A stretch of 64,000 bases of DNA from Macrostomum lignano (Eukaryota). The DNA is taken from NCBI GenBank assembly GCA_002269645.1, contig NIVC01001172.1, positions 62,001 through 126,000 on the forward strand, in the 5' to 3' direction. The notes beneath the pieces were generated by a model, which saw only the letters and a program-made list of their open reading frames with translations, did no database searches and was not told the origin of the DNA. The translations under genes were made by a program, and so were the position numbers. Of the stretch, positions 12,446-26,500 are shown piece by piece (within the stretch, counting starts at the first letter, position 1; each line of letters begins with the position of its first letter).

Positions 12446-12949
12446 GAGATTGGCAGGAGGTAAAGAAGAAGGTTGGCAGTAGATGGGGGGAGTAGAGCAG
12501 GAGTGAGTGAGTTAGCAGATATCACAGATATCAGGAGCAGAGGCTGAGACAGAAGGGGACTGACAGAATTCGTTTCCCCCAGCTGCAGAAACCAGAAGCA
12601 ATCAGGCGGCAGTGTGAGTTTAAAGAGTCAGTCAATACTCTGGCACCGAACGGCCGAGGCTGGCCATGCGTTGCGCAATGCTTATCTTCTACGCAACCAA
12701 CTGATACGGGGAGGCCGATGGATCAGCCAATATCGTGGACCCCTGGGGGGGGAGGGAGAACTGGTGTTTCAGTTGGAATTTTGGCTATTCAGCCAAAGTC
12801 GAAACAGAAGGCGCGAAGTTTTGAGCGGCATAGTTACCAATGGTTACCAATGCCCCATTGGGGCTCGCTGACATGGGGTTTGTAAAATATGTCTCTGAAT
12901 AAGCAGCGACTGAAGAGGCGTGTGAGAGAGGGAAAAAGAGACACACAGA

Positions 12950-13650
12950 GAATTAATAGGAACATGAATAAGGGAGAAGGAGAATTTGGAGGGGGATCAG
13001 ACAGAAAGCATCAGAGAAGGGAATCAGGGAGGGGGGACCAGAGAGGGGGAATCAGAAGGGAAATCAGTGAAAGAGGATCAGAGATGGAAATCAGAAAGGG
13101 GAAATCAGTGAAAGGGAATCAGAGAGAGAGAATTAGTGGGGGGGGAAGCAGAGATGGGGAAGCAGAGAGGGGAAGCAGAGATGAGAAGCAGAGATGGGGA
13201 AGCAGAGAGGGGTGAGCAGAGAGGGGGAATCAGTGAGAGGGAATCAGTGAGGGGAAATCAGTGAGAGGGAATCAGAGATTCGAATCAGAGGCGGGGAAGC
13301 AGAGAGGGGGAATCAGAGATGGGGAAGCAGAGAGGGGGGAGCAGAAAGGGGGAATCAGAGATGGGAATCAGAGAGGGGAATCAGAGAGGGGGAATCAGAG
13401 AGGGGGAATCAGAGAGGGGGAATCAGAGAGGGGGAATCAGAGAGGGGGAATCAGAGAGGGGGAATCAGAGAGGGGGAATCAGAGAAGGGGAATCAGAGAT
13501 GCGAGTCAGAGACGGGGAAGCAGAGAGGGAAAGCAAAGAGGGGAATCAGAGACGGGGAATCAGAGACGGGGAAGCAGAGAGGGGAAGCAAATAGGGGAAT
13601 CAGAGATGGGAAATCAGAGAGGGAGGAATGAGAGATTAGGAATCAGAGAC
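12950..13650. repeat. Purine-rich ~14-15-bp satellite (GGGAATCAGAGAGG)n
   Basis: Direct inspection. Confidence 0.9.
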
Positions 13651-14382
13651 AGACAAATCAAGTAACGCTTAGCCACAATTCTTTCCGGGAATTCTGTGTA
13701 ACATTTTTATGTTCAGTCTCCGATTGCCAGGCGCAACAAGCTCGTCCGCTCGTACAGCAAAATAACTTTCAGGTCACAAAGTTCAGAGCTTGAGCTGTGC
13801 CCTCGAGTGAGCACAGATACTAACAGATAGCGCCGACAGAAAACTTTTTTTGCTACATGTTTTTCGTTTCAAACCCGATAACTGAGACAAACAACACTAC
13901 AAATAATAAGGTCAGTTTTAAAGAATGGTGAGATTTTAAACCAATTCTGCGCAAACGCAAACTGTACAGATTTGCTTAAATGATTAGAAATGTCTGCAAA
14001 ATCGACCTGCACCGAAATTGTACTGTTTTTAAAACCGGCAGCGTAGAAAATCCGATAATTAGTCTACTATAAGTAAACTAAAGGAAAATTACAATTAATT
14101 TATGTCCCAGCCAGATCTTCCTATTGGCTGTCGGCGAATAAGAATCGGGATTGGTGAAAACTCTTTATTAAACCGCAATAGAGAGGAGTCAGGGGAGGGG
14201 AGAGAGAGAGAGCTGAGCCCGAGCAGGAGGTGAAGCAATCAATTTTGCTGAGGAAAATTTGTAGCCTACAAATTTGGAGCAGATGTCAGTGGCTAAGCCT
14301 GGGCCGCTTTCACCTGATACTCGCTCACTCAGCCATTCTAGTCAGGGCAGCCGCTTAAATATAATTTCAATTTTAAATCGTC

Positions 14383-14530
14383 ATGATTAAAAGTCAGTCA
14401 ACTCATCAGGCCTCGGCTGTGGGCTCCGTGCCGGTTGTAGTCAAGTGCACCAGGTTCGACGCGGCTCAGGCGGTTCACTGGATCCCGGCGTGTGACAGCG
14501 GCGACTCATTCTCATCAGACTCGGATTCTG
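14383..14530 (+). CDS. Putative first coding exon of the RasGAP
   Basis: GC-rich ORF ending at a perfect GTGAGT donor (14531) in phase 1, matching the phase-1 acceptor at 36740 (G+AC = Asp). No homology motif was recognised in this exon. Confidence 0.5.
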
Positions 14531-17500
14531 GTGAGTCTATGACTAAGTCTGTGACCGACTCTGTCTATGATCGATCCTGTCTATGACCGATTCTGTCTAT
14601 GACCGATTCTGTCTATGATCCATTCTGTCTATGACCGATCCTGTCTATGACCTATTCTGTCTATGACCCATTATGTCTCTGACCCATTCTATCTTTGACC
14701 CATTCTTTCTATGACCCATTCTGTCTATCACCCATTCTGTCTATTACCGATTTTGTCTATGATCCATTCTGTCTATGACCGATTCTGTCTATGACAGATT
14801 CTGTCTATGACCGATCCTGTCTATGACCTATCCAGTCTATGACCTATTCTGTCTATGACCCATTCTTTCTATGACCCATTCTGTCTATCACCATTCTGTC
14901 TATTACCGATTCTGTCTATAACCCATTATGTCTATGACCTATTCTGTCTATGACCCATTCTGTCTATTAATGATCCTGTCTATGACCCTTTCTGTCTATG
15001 ACCAATTCTGTCTATGACCAATTCTGTCTATGTCCTAGTAGCCATTTGCATGCCACCGGCACTTCGTAATTAAGTCGCTGCATCGTATTTCCTCCTACCT
15101 TCCCTAGCCACGAGTTCCTTGCTTTCAAGCTAAAAATAGCAAGCATTTCCTCAATTTCCTTTTGTTTTCATAGCTTGCATCTATCACGGCTCTCACGGCT
15201 TGAATGCTTCTGAGAGATAGAAAGTACTTTAGAAAAAAATGGAAAGCCTTCGCTTAATTTTCATGCATAAAAAATCTCGAAAAAAATCTTTTTTCTAAAA
15301 AATGTCAAGTGATTTTTTAATCATTTTTTTGACTTGCCGTTTTGATTGTTTCGAATAGCAACGAACAAAACATTTGAATTATTTTTGCTCATACGTTTTA
15401 CGGTTCAATTTCAAACCAATAAAATCTGTGGCCGCCGCCTGTTATTGAAAAGTTCCACTCCAACCAACACTGCTCAGATGAACTCCAGCAATTCAAAATC
15501 CCGAGTCTGGTTGCTATGCGGGCAAAATTTCTGATTCCCAAAAGGCGCGGAGACTCCCGGCCTGAACTAACCTAATCGAGCTGATAATCTTTGCTTCGCC
15601 TGAGAAATTTTTCTCTCTTGGACTTGGTCTGATATTCTCCGGGAGAAATTGAGTTAATCTACTTTTTCGCTCGCCCAGGAGACGGCTCTCTCGCTAGAAA
15701 AAGCAATGAAGAAGTCGAACTAGATTTCCTCTGCAAGCGAAAGCGACACTGCAGGACCAAACTCGAATTTCTCATTTTTCTTCTTAGACAGGAATCGAAG
15801 AAAATTGAAGTCTATCTGAGTATTTTTAGTGCTGGCAGTTGTGGCACAAGCGAACTTTGCTGAATAAGAGTTCACTGACAACTGACTCATTCCATTGCTG
15901 CTGGCAGGAATTTAAAATAATAAAAAGCACACAGACTGAAGTATGAGCACACAGACTGGAGTATGAGCACACAGACTAGAGTATGAGCACACAGACTGGA
16001 GTATGAGCACACAGACTGGAGTATGAGCACACAGACTGGAGTATGAGCACACAGACTGGAGTATGAGCACACAGACTGGAGTATGAGCACACAGACTGGA
16101 GTATGAGCACACAGACTGGAGTATGAGCACACAGACTGGAGTATGAGCACACAGACTGGAGTATGAGCACACAGACTGGAGTATGAGCACACAGACTGGA
16201 GTATGAGCACACAGACTGGAGTATGAGCACACAGACTGGAGTATGAGCACACAGACTGGAGTATGAGCACACAGACTGGAGTATGAGCACACAGACTGGA
16301 GTATGAGCACACAGACTGGAGTATGAGCACACAGACTGGAGTATGAGCACACAGACTGGAATATGAGCACACAGACTGAGAGGGGAGCATACAGACTGGA
16401 GTATGAGCACACAGACTGGAGTATGAGCACACAGACTGAGAGGGGAGCACACAGACTGGAATATGAGCACACAGACTGGAGTATGAGCACACAGACTGGA
16501 GTATGAACACACAGACTGGAGTATGAGCACACAGACTGGAATATGAGCACACAGACTGGAGTATGAGCACACAGACTGAAGTATGAGCACACAGACTGGA
16601 ATATGAGCACACAGACTGGAATATGAGCACACATACTGAAGTATGAGCACACAAACTGGAGTATGAGCACACAGACTGGAGTATGAGCACACAGACTGGA
16701 GTATGAGCACACAGACTGGAGTATGAGCACACAGACTGGAGTATGAGCACACAGACTGGAGTATGAGCACACAGACTGGAGTATGAGCACATAGACTGGA
16801 ATATGAGCACACAGACTGGAGTATGAGCACACAGACTGGAATATGAGCACACAGACTGGAGTATGAGCACACAGACTGGAGTATGAGCACACAGACTGGA
16901 GTATGAGCACACAGACTGGAATATGAGCACACAGACTGGAATATGAGCACACAGACTGGGAGGGGAGCACACAGACTGGAGTATGAGCACACAGACTGGA
17001 ATATGAGCACACAGACTGGAATATGAGCACACAGACTGGGAGGGGAGCACACAGACTGGAGTATGAGCACACAGACTGGAATATGAGCACACAGACTGGG
17101 AGGGGAGCACACAGACTGGAGTATGAGCACACAGACTGGGAGGGGAGTACACAGACTGCAATATGAGCACACAGGCTGCTGGGAGGGGAGTGGCGGTACA
17201 GAGGCAGAGAATGAGGCATAGACATTTTGATTGATTGACATTGCTGCATCTGTCAAAAAATAATCAACAATAACAGTGATAAATAACAAAGAAAGCACAG
17301 CGTGGAGTGAGATGATGACCCCAGTAAAATTTGAAAATAACTTTGCGGTTAAGTCCCTCGCTTTGTTCATCTCGAACCACCCCCTCCTCCCTCTACTCAT
17401 TCATTCACTCAAGTCACTTTGCCGGCAAAATATGCGTGACTTCAACCCTTGGAGCTAAAAATAGTTATATGACATACGGCTGGTATGGTATTGTAGTTAG

Positions 17501-20500
17501 AGCTCTGAGTTGGGGTCTGGGCGTGAAATGAGTAAAGAGGCTGCTGACCCGCCAGGGCCCCCAGCTCGGGTCAGCGTGACTGACACCCTGCAGGCGGCAT
17601 TTGCAATAATTCTCTGACCCCGCCTGAGACTGAGCCCCTGCTCTGCTCTCCTCTCGCTCTTTCAAGCTGGCCCCAAACGGGTCACTGCAGGGGTCACCTT
17701 ATCGCTTTCTTATTTTCTAGTTCTTTTTTCTCTAAAATCTTTATGTTATGCTGTGTTGCCGTTTCATCTGCTACGGGGCACCGCTTAAACTCTGCGGCCT
17801 GTTGAGATGTTGAGACCGAAAAAGATTGCGGTCTATTATATGAAGACTGACCACTGAAGGATGGCGCCTCACCCCCACTGAAGGATGGCGCCTCACCCCA
17901 CTGAAGGATGGCGCCTCACCCCACTGAAGGATGGCGCCTCACCCCCACTGAAGGATGGCGCCTCACCCCCACTGAAGGATGGCGCCTCACCCCCACTGAA
18001 GGATGGCGCCTCACCCCCATTGAAGGATGGCGCCTCACCCCCACTGAAGGATGGCGCCTCACCCCACTGAAGGATGGCGCCTCACCCCCACTGAAGGATG
18101 GCGCCTCACCCCCACTGAAGGATGGCGCCTCACCCCCACTGAAGGATGGCGCCTCACCCCCACTGAAGGATGGCACCTCACCCCCACTGAAGGATGGCGC
18201 CTCACCCCACTGAAGGATGGCGCCTCACCCCACTGAAGGATGGCGCCTCACCCCCACTGAAGGATGGCGCCTCACCCCCACTGAAGGATGGCGCCTCACC
18301 CCACTGAAGGATGGCGCCTCACCCCACTGAAGGATGGCGCCTCACCCCACTGAAGGATGGCGCCTCACCCCCACTGAAGGATGGCGCCTCACCCCATTGA
18401 AGGGTGGCGCCTCACTCCCACTGAAGGATGACTGCTTGCCCCTGAAGGACAGCGCCTCGCCCCCAATCGCAGTTCGCTCCCCGCGCTTCCCAGAGCCAAG
18501 GCGCGGCACACCGGCACGCAGACACCTGTCCATTTCGCCAAGCAGGCAGCAGGAATTGGGAAAAATGGGTCAGTTCGAATGTAGCGCAGCGGGACGGGCA
18601 ATCCTAGAAGGGAGGGGTGAGTCACCGCAGTCCACTTCAGCTGCATGCCTGCCCAGCCTCCCGTCTACATCAGACCGCAAAGTGCGCGCTAAAAAGCAGT
18701 GAAATATCGTATATTTTGTGCAAAAATTGAAAATTCTCATATTTTCAGACGTAGCAGAATTTTTCTACGCGTAATATCTTTTCTCCCATTAAAATGTCGA
18801 AGTTTTTGGACGCAAATTTTATCTGAAATCCTCGAAGTGCGCAAATTCAGTCGATTTTTAAAATGGACGGAGACTGGAACTGACTGACTGACTGACTGAC
18901 TGACTGACTGACTGACTGACTGACTGACTGACTGACTGACTGACTGACTGACTGACTGACTGACTGACTGACTGACTGACTGACTGACTGACTGACTGAC
19001 TGACTGACTGACTGACTGACTGACTGACTGACTGACTGACTGACTGACTGACTGACTGACTGACTGACTGACTGACTGACTGACTGACTGACTGACTGAC
19101 TGACTGACTGACTGACTGACTGACTGACTGACTGACTGACTGACTGACTGACTGACTGACTGACTGACTGACTGACTGACTGACTGACTGACTGACTGAC
19201 TGACTGACTGACTGACTGACTGACTGACTGACTGACTGACTGACTGAGTCTCTCGCCTGTCTCTCCCTGTCTCTCCCTGTCTCTCCCTGTCTATTTCTGT
19301 CTATCCCTGTCTCTCCCCTGTCTCTCCCCTGTCTATCCCTGTCTATCCCTGTCTCTCCCTGTCTATCCCTGTCTCTCCCCTGTCTCTCGCCTGTCTATCC
19401 CTGTCTATCCCTGTCTATCCCTGTCTATCCCTGTCTCTCCCTGTCTCTCGCCTGTCTATCCCTGTCTATCCCTGTCTATCCCTGTCTATCCCTGTCTCTC
19501 CCTGTCTATCCCTGTCTCTCGCCTGTCTCTCCCTGTCTATCCCTGTCTCTCCCTGTCTCTCCCTGTCTATCCCTGTCTGTCCCTGTCTCTTCCTGTCTGT
19601 CCCTGTCTCTCCCTGTCTCTCCCTGTCTCTCCCTGTCTCTCCCTGTCTCTCCCTGTCTCTCCCTGTCTCTCCCTGTCTCTCCCTGTCTCTCCCTGTCTCT
19701 CCCTGTCTCTCCCTGTCTCTCCCTGTCTCTCCCTGTCTCTCCCTGTCTCTCCCTGTCTCTCCCTGTCTCTCCCTGTCTCTCCCTGTCTCTCCCTGTCTCT
19801 CCCTGTCTCTCCCTGTCTCTCCCTGTCTCTCCCTGTCTCTCCCTGTCTCTCCCTGTCTCTCCCTGTCTCTCCCTGTCTCTCCCTGTCTATCCCTGTCTCT
19901 CCCTGTCTATCCCTGTCTCTCCCTGTCTCTCGCCTGTCTATCCCTGTCTCTCCCTGTCTCTCCCTGTCTCTCCCTGTCTCTCCCTGTCTCTCCCTGTCTC
20001 TCCCTGTCTATCCCTGTCTCTCCCTGTCTCTCCCTGTCTCTCACTGTCTGTCCCTGTCTGTCCCAGCAGCACTCCCGACCCATCAAGTCCCCATATCAGC
20101 TGTTGGGGCTGCAGTAGCCGGTCATTATTCAGCCGTATTTTTTCGCCGCGTCTTAATTACAAAAAAGAACCAGGCGCATCGTGTATGAACCAGGCTGGAG
20201 GGCCGAAGGAGGCGAAAAAGGGGAAGATTCCCCAGCCCCCGGACACCGCGACCCGGCTGATTAGCGCAGGTGCCGAGCCGCAGACTCCACCACCACCGCT
20301 CCCCTTCATCCTGTCGAATTTTCTCCCAACTACGATTTTTTACCCTGGCCAGAATTTCCGCCCGCTAACCTGCCTGCCGGCCCATCTCCTAACCCCTCTG
20401 AATATGAACTGGGTGAATTCACTCCTGCCTTGGTTGGAGAATTTGCAGTGCTGGATCCCCCCAGTCAACCTGACACCCCCCCCCCCGATCCTCAGGTCCA

Positions 20501-23500
20501 ATCCATGGAAACCTTTGATACAAATATCTGGCCTAGGGAAAATCGCCATGTATGGCTCTGCATTATCTGCCAATCACTCCATTTACCTTGTCAACCCCAT
20601 GCATTTGGCTACCCTTTTTTCTACCCTTTTTTCTACCCTTTTGTCTACCCTTTTGTCTACCCTTTTGTCTAACATTTTGTCTACCCTTTTGTCTAACATT
20701 TTTTCTACCCTTTTGTCTACCCCATTTGGCTACCCTTTTGTCTACGCTTTTGTCTACCATTTTGTCTACCCTTTTGTCTACCCCATTTGGCTACCCTTTT
20801 GGCTACCCTTTTGTCTGCCCTTTTGTCTACCCTTTTGTCTACCCCATTTGGCTACCCTTTTGTCTACCCTTTTGTCTACGCTTCTGTCTACCCTTTTGGC
20901 TACCCTTTTGTCTACCCTTTTGTCTACGCTTCTGTCTACCCTATTTGTCTACCCTTTTGTCTACCCCCTGTCTATCTCCTTGTCTACACCTTTTTGTATT
21001 TTTCGTTTTTAAGCTGAGAGGAAATAAAAGAAAATATCTATTAAAATTTTAGCAGTCGGTGTTGACAGTTTATTAATATTAACAAAAATACAATATAAAA
21101 ATTCACCCAATCTGAAGCAGACATTTTTTTAATCTGACCATTTTTGTCCATATGCAGTTTCTAAAAAGCATTCTCTAGAAGTATAGAAACCCATGTGTAG
21201 CCCTAATCCCCCTGACTAATACCCATATCAGGGCAAAGGGGGTTGTGCTTGTAGTCAGAGCGGAACAGAGCGAATGAATTGAGTGTGAGAGACAGGCAGA
21301 GGGGGTTTAAGCCCGGCTTCGTTGGCACACGGAACAGGTGGGGGATCGGCTCTCTCCCGTTCTCCCAGTTCCCCTCTCCTCCTCTCCTTTTCATCCCCAT
21401 ACCGACCGACTTCCTTTCACTTCAGGTTTTTCATGTCGAACTGATTCCGGGCGCGGTTCTGAGCCACCTACACCCGTTAAAAGCAGATCTTAGCCGATTC
21501 TTTTTCGAAATGAACCCCGACCCCTGATCACCGATCTGCGCTTAAAACCGAAGCCCCAGCTTCCCTTGTAAGAAATCTTCGCACATTTCGCAAATTGTTT
21601 TTCTGATACTGTTTTTGGGAATTGCTTTCGCTCGCATGACCTCCCTCTCATTGTCTCCCTCTCATTGTCTCCCTCTCATTGTCTCCCTCTCATTGTCTCC
21701 CTCTCATTGTCTCCCTCTCATTGTCTCCCTCTCATTGTCTCCCTCTCATTGTCTCCCTCTCATTGTCTCCCTCTCATTGTCTCCCTCTCATTGTCTCCCT
21801 ATCATTGTCTCCCTCTCATTGTCTCCCTCTCATTGTCTCCCTCTCATTGTCTCCCTCTCATTGTCTCCCTCTCATTGTCTCCCTCTCAATGTCTCCCTCT
21901 CATTGTCTTGTTCTCAGTATCTCCCTCTTATTGTCTCCCTCTCCCAGTGTTTCCCTCTCTCAGTGTTTCCCTCGTTCAGTGCCTCAATCTCTCAGTGTCT
22001 CCCTCTCAGTATCTCCCTCCCTCTCATTGTCTCCCTCTCATTGTCTCTCTCTCTCAGTGTTTCCCTCGCTCATTGTCTCACTCTCTCAGTATCTCCCTCT
22101 CATTGTATCCCTCTCATTGTCTCCCTCTCATTGTCTCTCTCTCTCAGTGTTTCCCTCGCTCATTGTCTCACTCTCTCAGTATCTCCCTCTCATTGTCTCC
22201 CTCTCATTGTCTCCCCTCTCATTGTCTCCCCTCTCAGTATCTCCCTCTCATTGTCTCCCCTCTCATTGTCTCTCCTCTCATTGTCTCCCCTCTCATTGTC
22301 TCCCCTCTCATTGTCTCCCCTCTCATTGTCTCCCCTCTCATTGTCTCCCCTCTCATTGTCTCCCCTCTCATTGTCTCCCCTCTCATTGTCTCCCTCTCAT
22401 TGTCGCCCTCTCATTGTCTCCCTCTCATTGTCTCCCTCTCATTGTCTCCCTCTCATTGTCTCCCTCTCATTGTCTCCCTCTCATTGTCTCCCTCTCATTG
22501 TCTCCCTCTCATTGTCTCCCTCTCATTGTCTCCCACTCATTGTCTCCCTCTCATTGTCTCCCTCTCATTGTCTCCCTCTCATTGTCTCCCTCTCATTGTC
22601 TCCCTCTCAATGTCTCCCTCTCATTGTCTTGTTCTCAGTATCTCCCTCTTATTGTCTCCCTCTCCCAGTGTTTCCCTCTCTCAGTGTTTCCCTCGTTCAG
22701 TGCCTCAATCTCTCAGTGTCTCCCTCTCAGTATCTCCCTCCCTCTCATTGTCTCCCTCTCATTGTCTCTCTCTCTCAGTGTTTCCCTCGCTCATTGTCTC
22801 ACTCTCTCAGTATCTCCCTCTCATTGTATCCCTCTCATTGTCTCCCTCTCATTGTCTCTCTCTCTCAGTGTTTCCCTCGCTCATTGTCTCACTCTCTCAG
22901 TATCTCCCTCTCATTGTCTCCCTCTCATTGTCTCCCCTCTCATTGTCTCCCCTCTCAGTATCTCCCTCTCATTGTCTCCCCTCTCAATGTCTCCCTCTCA
23001 TTGTCTTGTTCTCAGTATCTCCCTCTTATTGTCTCCCTCTCCCAGTGTTTCCCTCTCTCAGTGTTTCCCTCGTTCAGTGCCTCAATCTCTCAGTGTCTCC
23101 CTCTCAGTATCTCCCTCCCTCTCATTGTCTCCCTCTCATTGTCTCTCTCTCTCAGTGTTTCCCTCGCTCATTGTCTCACTCTCTCAGTATCTCCCTCTCA
23201 TTGTATCCCTCTCACTGTCTCCCCTCTTATTATCTCCACTCTCATTGTCTCCCCCTCTCATTGTCTCCCCTCTCATTGTCTCCCCTCTCATTGTCTCCCC
23301 TCTCATTGTCTCCCCTCTCATTGTCTCCCCCTTTCATTGTCTCCTGTCTCACTGTCTCCTTCTCATTGTAATTAATCTGCTTATTCACATTGAGTGTCAC
23401 TCAGAACTTTCCCGGCAGACCCTACCCCAGAGTAGAGCAGGTAAATTGAAATAATTCATGCCCATCTGAGACAGCTCTCAAGTCCTAGTCGGGCAGGAGA

Positions 23501-26500
23501 GCTCAGATGAGTAGCAGATGTATCACAGCTACTCTGCCCTATTTGCAGATGATCTCCGGGTGAGAGCCAAGGCAGTCCCGATCCCCTTCCTTCCTTAGAA
23601 TTTCATCCAACTCGTCTCAATTTGGGTCCGCGGCAGTCCACTTGAGTGCTCAAGCTGAGGCTGGGAGGACATGAGACGTGCCAAATAGGAGGGGTAGAGG
23701 GGTACCTCACCGGATTCCCAGGGCAATAGGGGGAGGGAAATCCCGCTTCTCTGACTGAAGTTCAGCGGCCAGGTAACTCACTTCACTAAACTAAAAGCAG
23801 AGCGAAACCTGCTTCTGGGGTGAGTCATGCTTGCCCGACCGAGGGTTGGCGGCAGAACTGCATTTCCTCCACCATTTTCTGTCACGCCTGCAGTCTTCCC
23901 TGCCTCAGCGATTCTTGCATTCTTATCGACTTGGCTGGCTAACCATTGTCTCACCTTGGTTAGGTAGGCTGCGCTCTATAGTTGCAAATTTTCATGATTG
24001 AGCTGTGGGCTGGGGATGTAGCGATTGAAGATTGAGTGTGAGACAAGGAGAGAGGGGAGACACTGAGGGGAAGACACTGAGGGGGACACTCTGAGGGGGA
24101 GACACTGAGGGGGAGACACTGAGGGGGAGACACTGAGTGGGAGGCACTGAGTGGGAGACACTGAGTGGGAGACACTGAGTGGGAGACACTGAGTGGGAGA
24201 CACAGAAAGAGGGAGACACTGAGAGAGAGGGAGACACTGAGAGAGAGAGAGAGAGACACTGAGAGACGCTGAGAGGAGAGGGAGACACTGAGAGAGAAAG
24301 AGACACTGAGAGAGAGAGAGACACTGAGAGAGAAAGAGACACTGAGAGAGGGGGAGACACTGAAAGGAGAGGGAGACACTGAGAGAGAGAGACACTGAGA
24401 GAGAGAGACACTGAGAGAGAGAGAGAGAGACACTGAGAGACGCTGAGAGGAGAGGGAGACACTGAGAGAGAAAGAGACACTGAGAGAGAAAGAGACACTG
24501 AGAGAGAGAGAGACACTGAGAGAGAAAGAGACACTGAGAGAGAAAGAGACACTGAGAGAGAGGGAGACACTGAGAGAGAGGGAGACACTGAGAGAGAGGG
24601 AGACACTGAGAGAGAGAGAGACACTGAGAGGGAGAGAGAGACACTGAGAGAGAGAGAGAGACACTGAGAGACGCTGAGAGGAGAGGGAGACACTGAGAGA
24701 GAGAGAGAGACACTGAGAGAGAAAGAGACACTGAGAGAGATGGAGACACTGAGATAGAGGGAGACACTGAGAGAGAGGGAGACACTGAGAGAGAGAGAGA
24801 CACTGAGAGAGAACGAGACACTGAGAGAGAGGGAGACACTGAGAGGAGAGGGAGACACTGAGAGAGAAAGAGACACTGAGAGAGAAAGAGACACTGAGAG
24901 AGAGGGAGACACTGAGAGAGAGGGAGACACTGAGAGAGAGGGAGACACTGAGAGAGAGGGAGACACTGAGAGAGAGAGAGACACTGAGAGAGAAAGAGAC
25001 ACTGAGAGAGAGAGAGAGACACTGAGAGAGAGAGAGAGACACTGAGAGAGAGGGAGACACTGAGAGAGAGGGAGACACTGAGAGGAGAGGGAGACACTGA
25101 GAGAGAGAGAGACACTGAGAGAGAAAGAGACACTGAGAGAGAAAGAGACACTGAGAGAGAAAGAGACACTGAGAGAGAGAGAGAGAGACACTGAGAGAGA
25201 GAGAGAGACACTGAGAGAGAGAGAGAGACACTGAGAGACGCTGAGAGGAGAGGGAGACACTGAGAGAGAGAGAGAGACACTGAGAGAGAAAGAGACACTG
25301 AGAGAGATGGAGACACTGAGAGAGAGGGAGACACTGAGAGGAGAGGGAGACACTGAGAGGAGAGGGAGACACTGAGAGAGAGGGAGACACTGAGAGGAGA
25401 GGGAGACACTGAGAGGAGAGGGAGACACTGAGAGGAGAGGGAGACACTGAGAGGAGAGGGTGACAATGAGAGAGGGGGAGACACTGAGAGAGAGGGAGAC
25501 ACTGAGAGAGAGAGAGGAAGACACTGAGAGAGAGGAAGACACTGAGAGAGAAGGAGACACTGAGGGGGAGACACTGAGACAGGGAGACACTTAGAGAGGG
25601 ACACACTGAGAGAGATGGAGACACTGAGAGGAGAGGGAGACACTGAGAGGAGAGGGAGACACTGAGAGGAGAGGGAGATACTGAGAGGAGAGGGAGACAC
25701 TGAGAGGAGAGGGAGACACTGAGAGGAGAGGGAGAAACTGAGAGAGAGGGAGACACTGAGAGAGGGGGAGACACTGAGAGAGGGGGAGACACTGAGAGGA
25801 GAGGGAGACACTGAGAGGGAGAGAGAGACACTGAGAGAGAGAGAGAGAGACACTGAGAGACGCTGAGAGGAGAGGGAGACACTGAGAGAGAGAGAGAGAC
25901 ACTGAGAGAGAAAGAGACACTGAGAGAGATGGAGACACTGAGAGAGAGGGAGACACTGAGAGAGAGGGAGACACTGAGAGAGAGAGAGAGAGAGAGACAC
26001 TGAGAGACGCTGAGAGGAGAGGGAGACACTGAGAGAGAAAGAGACACTGAGAGAGAGAGAGACACTGAGAGAGAAAGAGACACTGAGAGAGGGGAGACAC
26101 TGAAAGGAGAGGGAGACACTGAGAGAGAGAGAGACACTGAGAGAGAGAAAGACACTGAGAGAGAGAGAGAGAGACACTGAGAGACGCTGAGAGGAGAGGG
26201 AGACACTGAGAGAGAAAGAGACACTGAGAGAGAAAGAGACACTGAGAGAGAGAGAGACACTGAGAGAGAAAGAGACACTGAGAGAGAAAGAGACACTGAG
26301 AGAGAGGGAGACACTGAGAGAGAGGGAGACACTGAGAGAGAGGGAGACACTGAGAGAGAGAGAGACACTGAGAGGGAGAGAGAGAGACACTGAGAGACGC
26401 TGAGAGGAGAGGGAGACACTGAGAGAGAGAGAGAGAGACACTGAGAGAGAAAGAGACACTGAGAGAGATGGAGACACTGAGAGAGAGGGAGACACTGAGA

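Noticed and set aside
17850-18430. 24-25-bp direct repeats superficially like a CRISPR array
   Set aside because: The units are head-to-tail with no unique spacers, there are no cas genes, and the context is eukaryotic.
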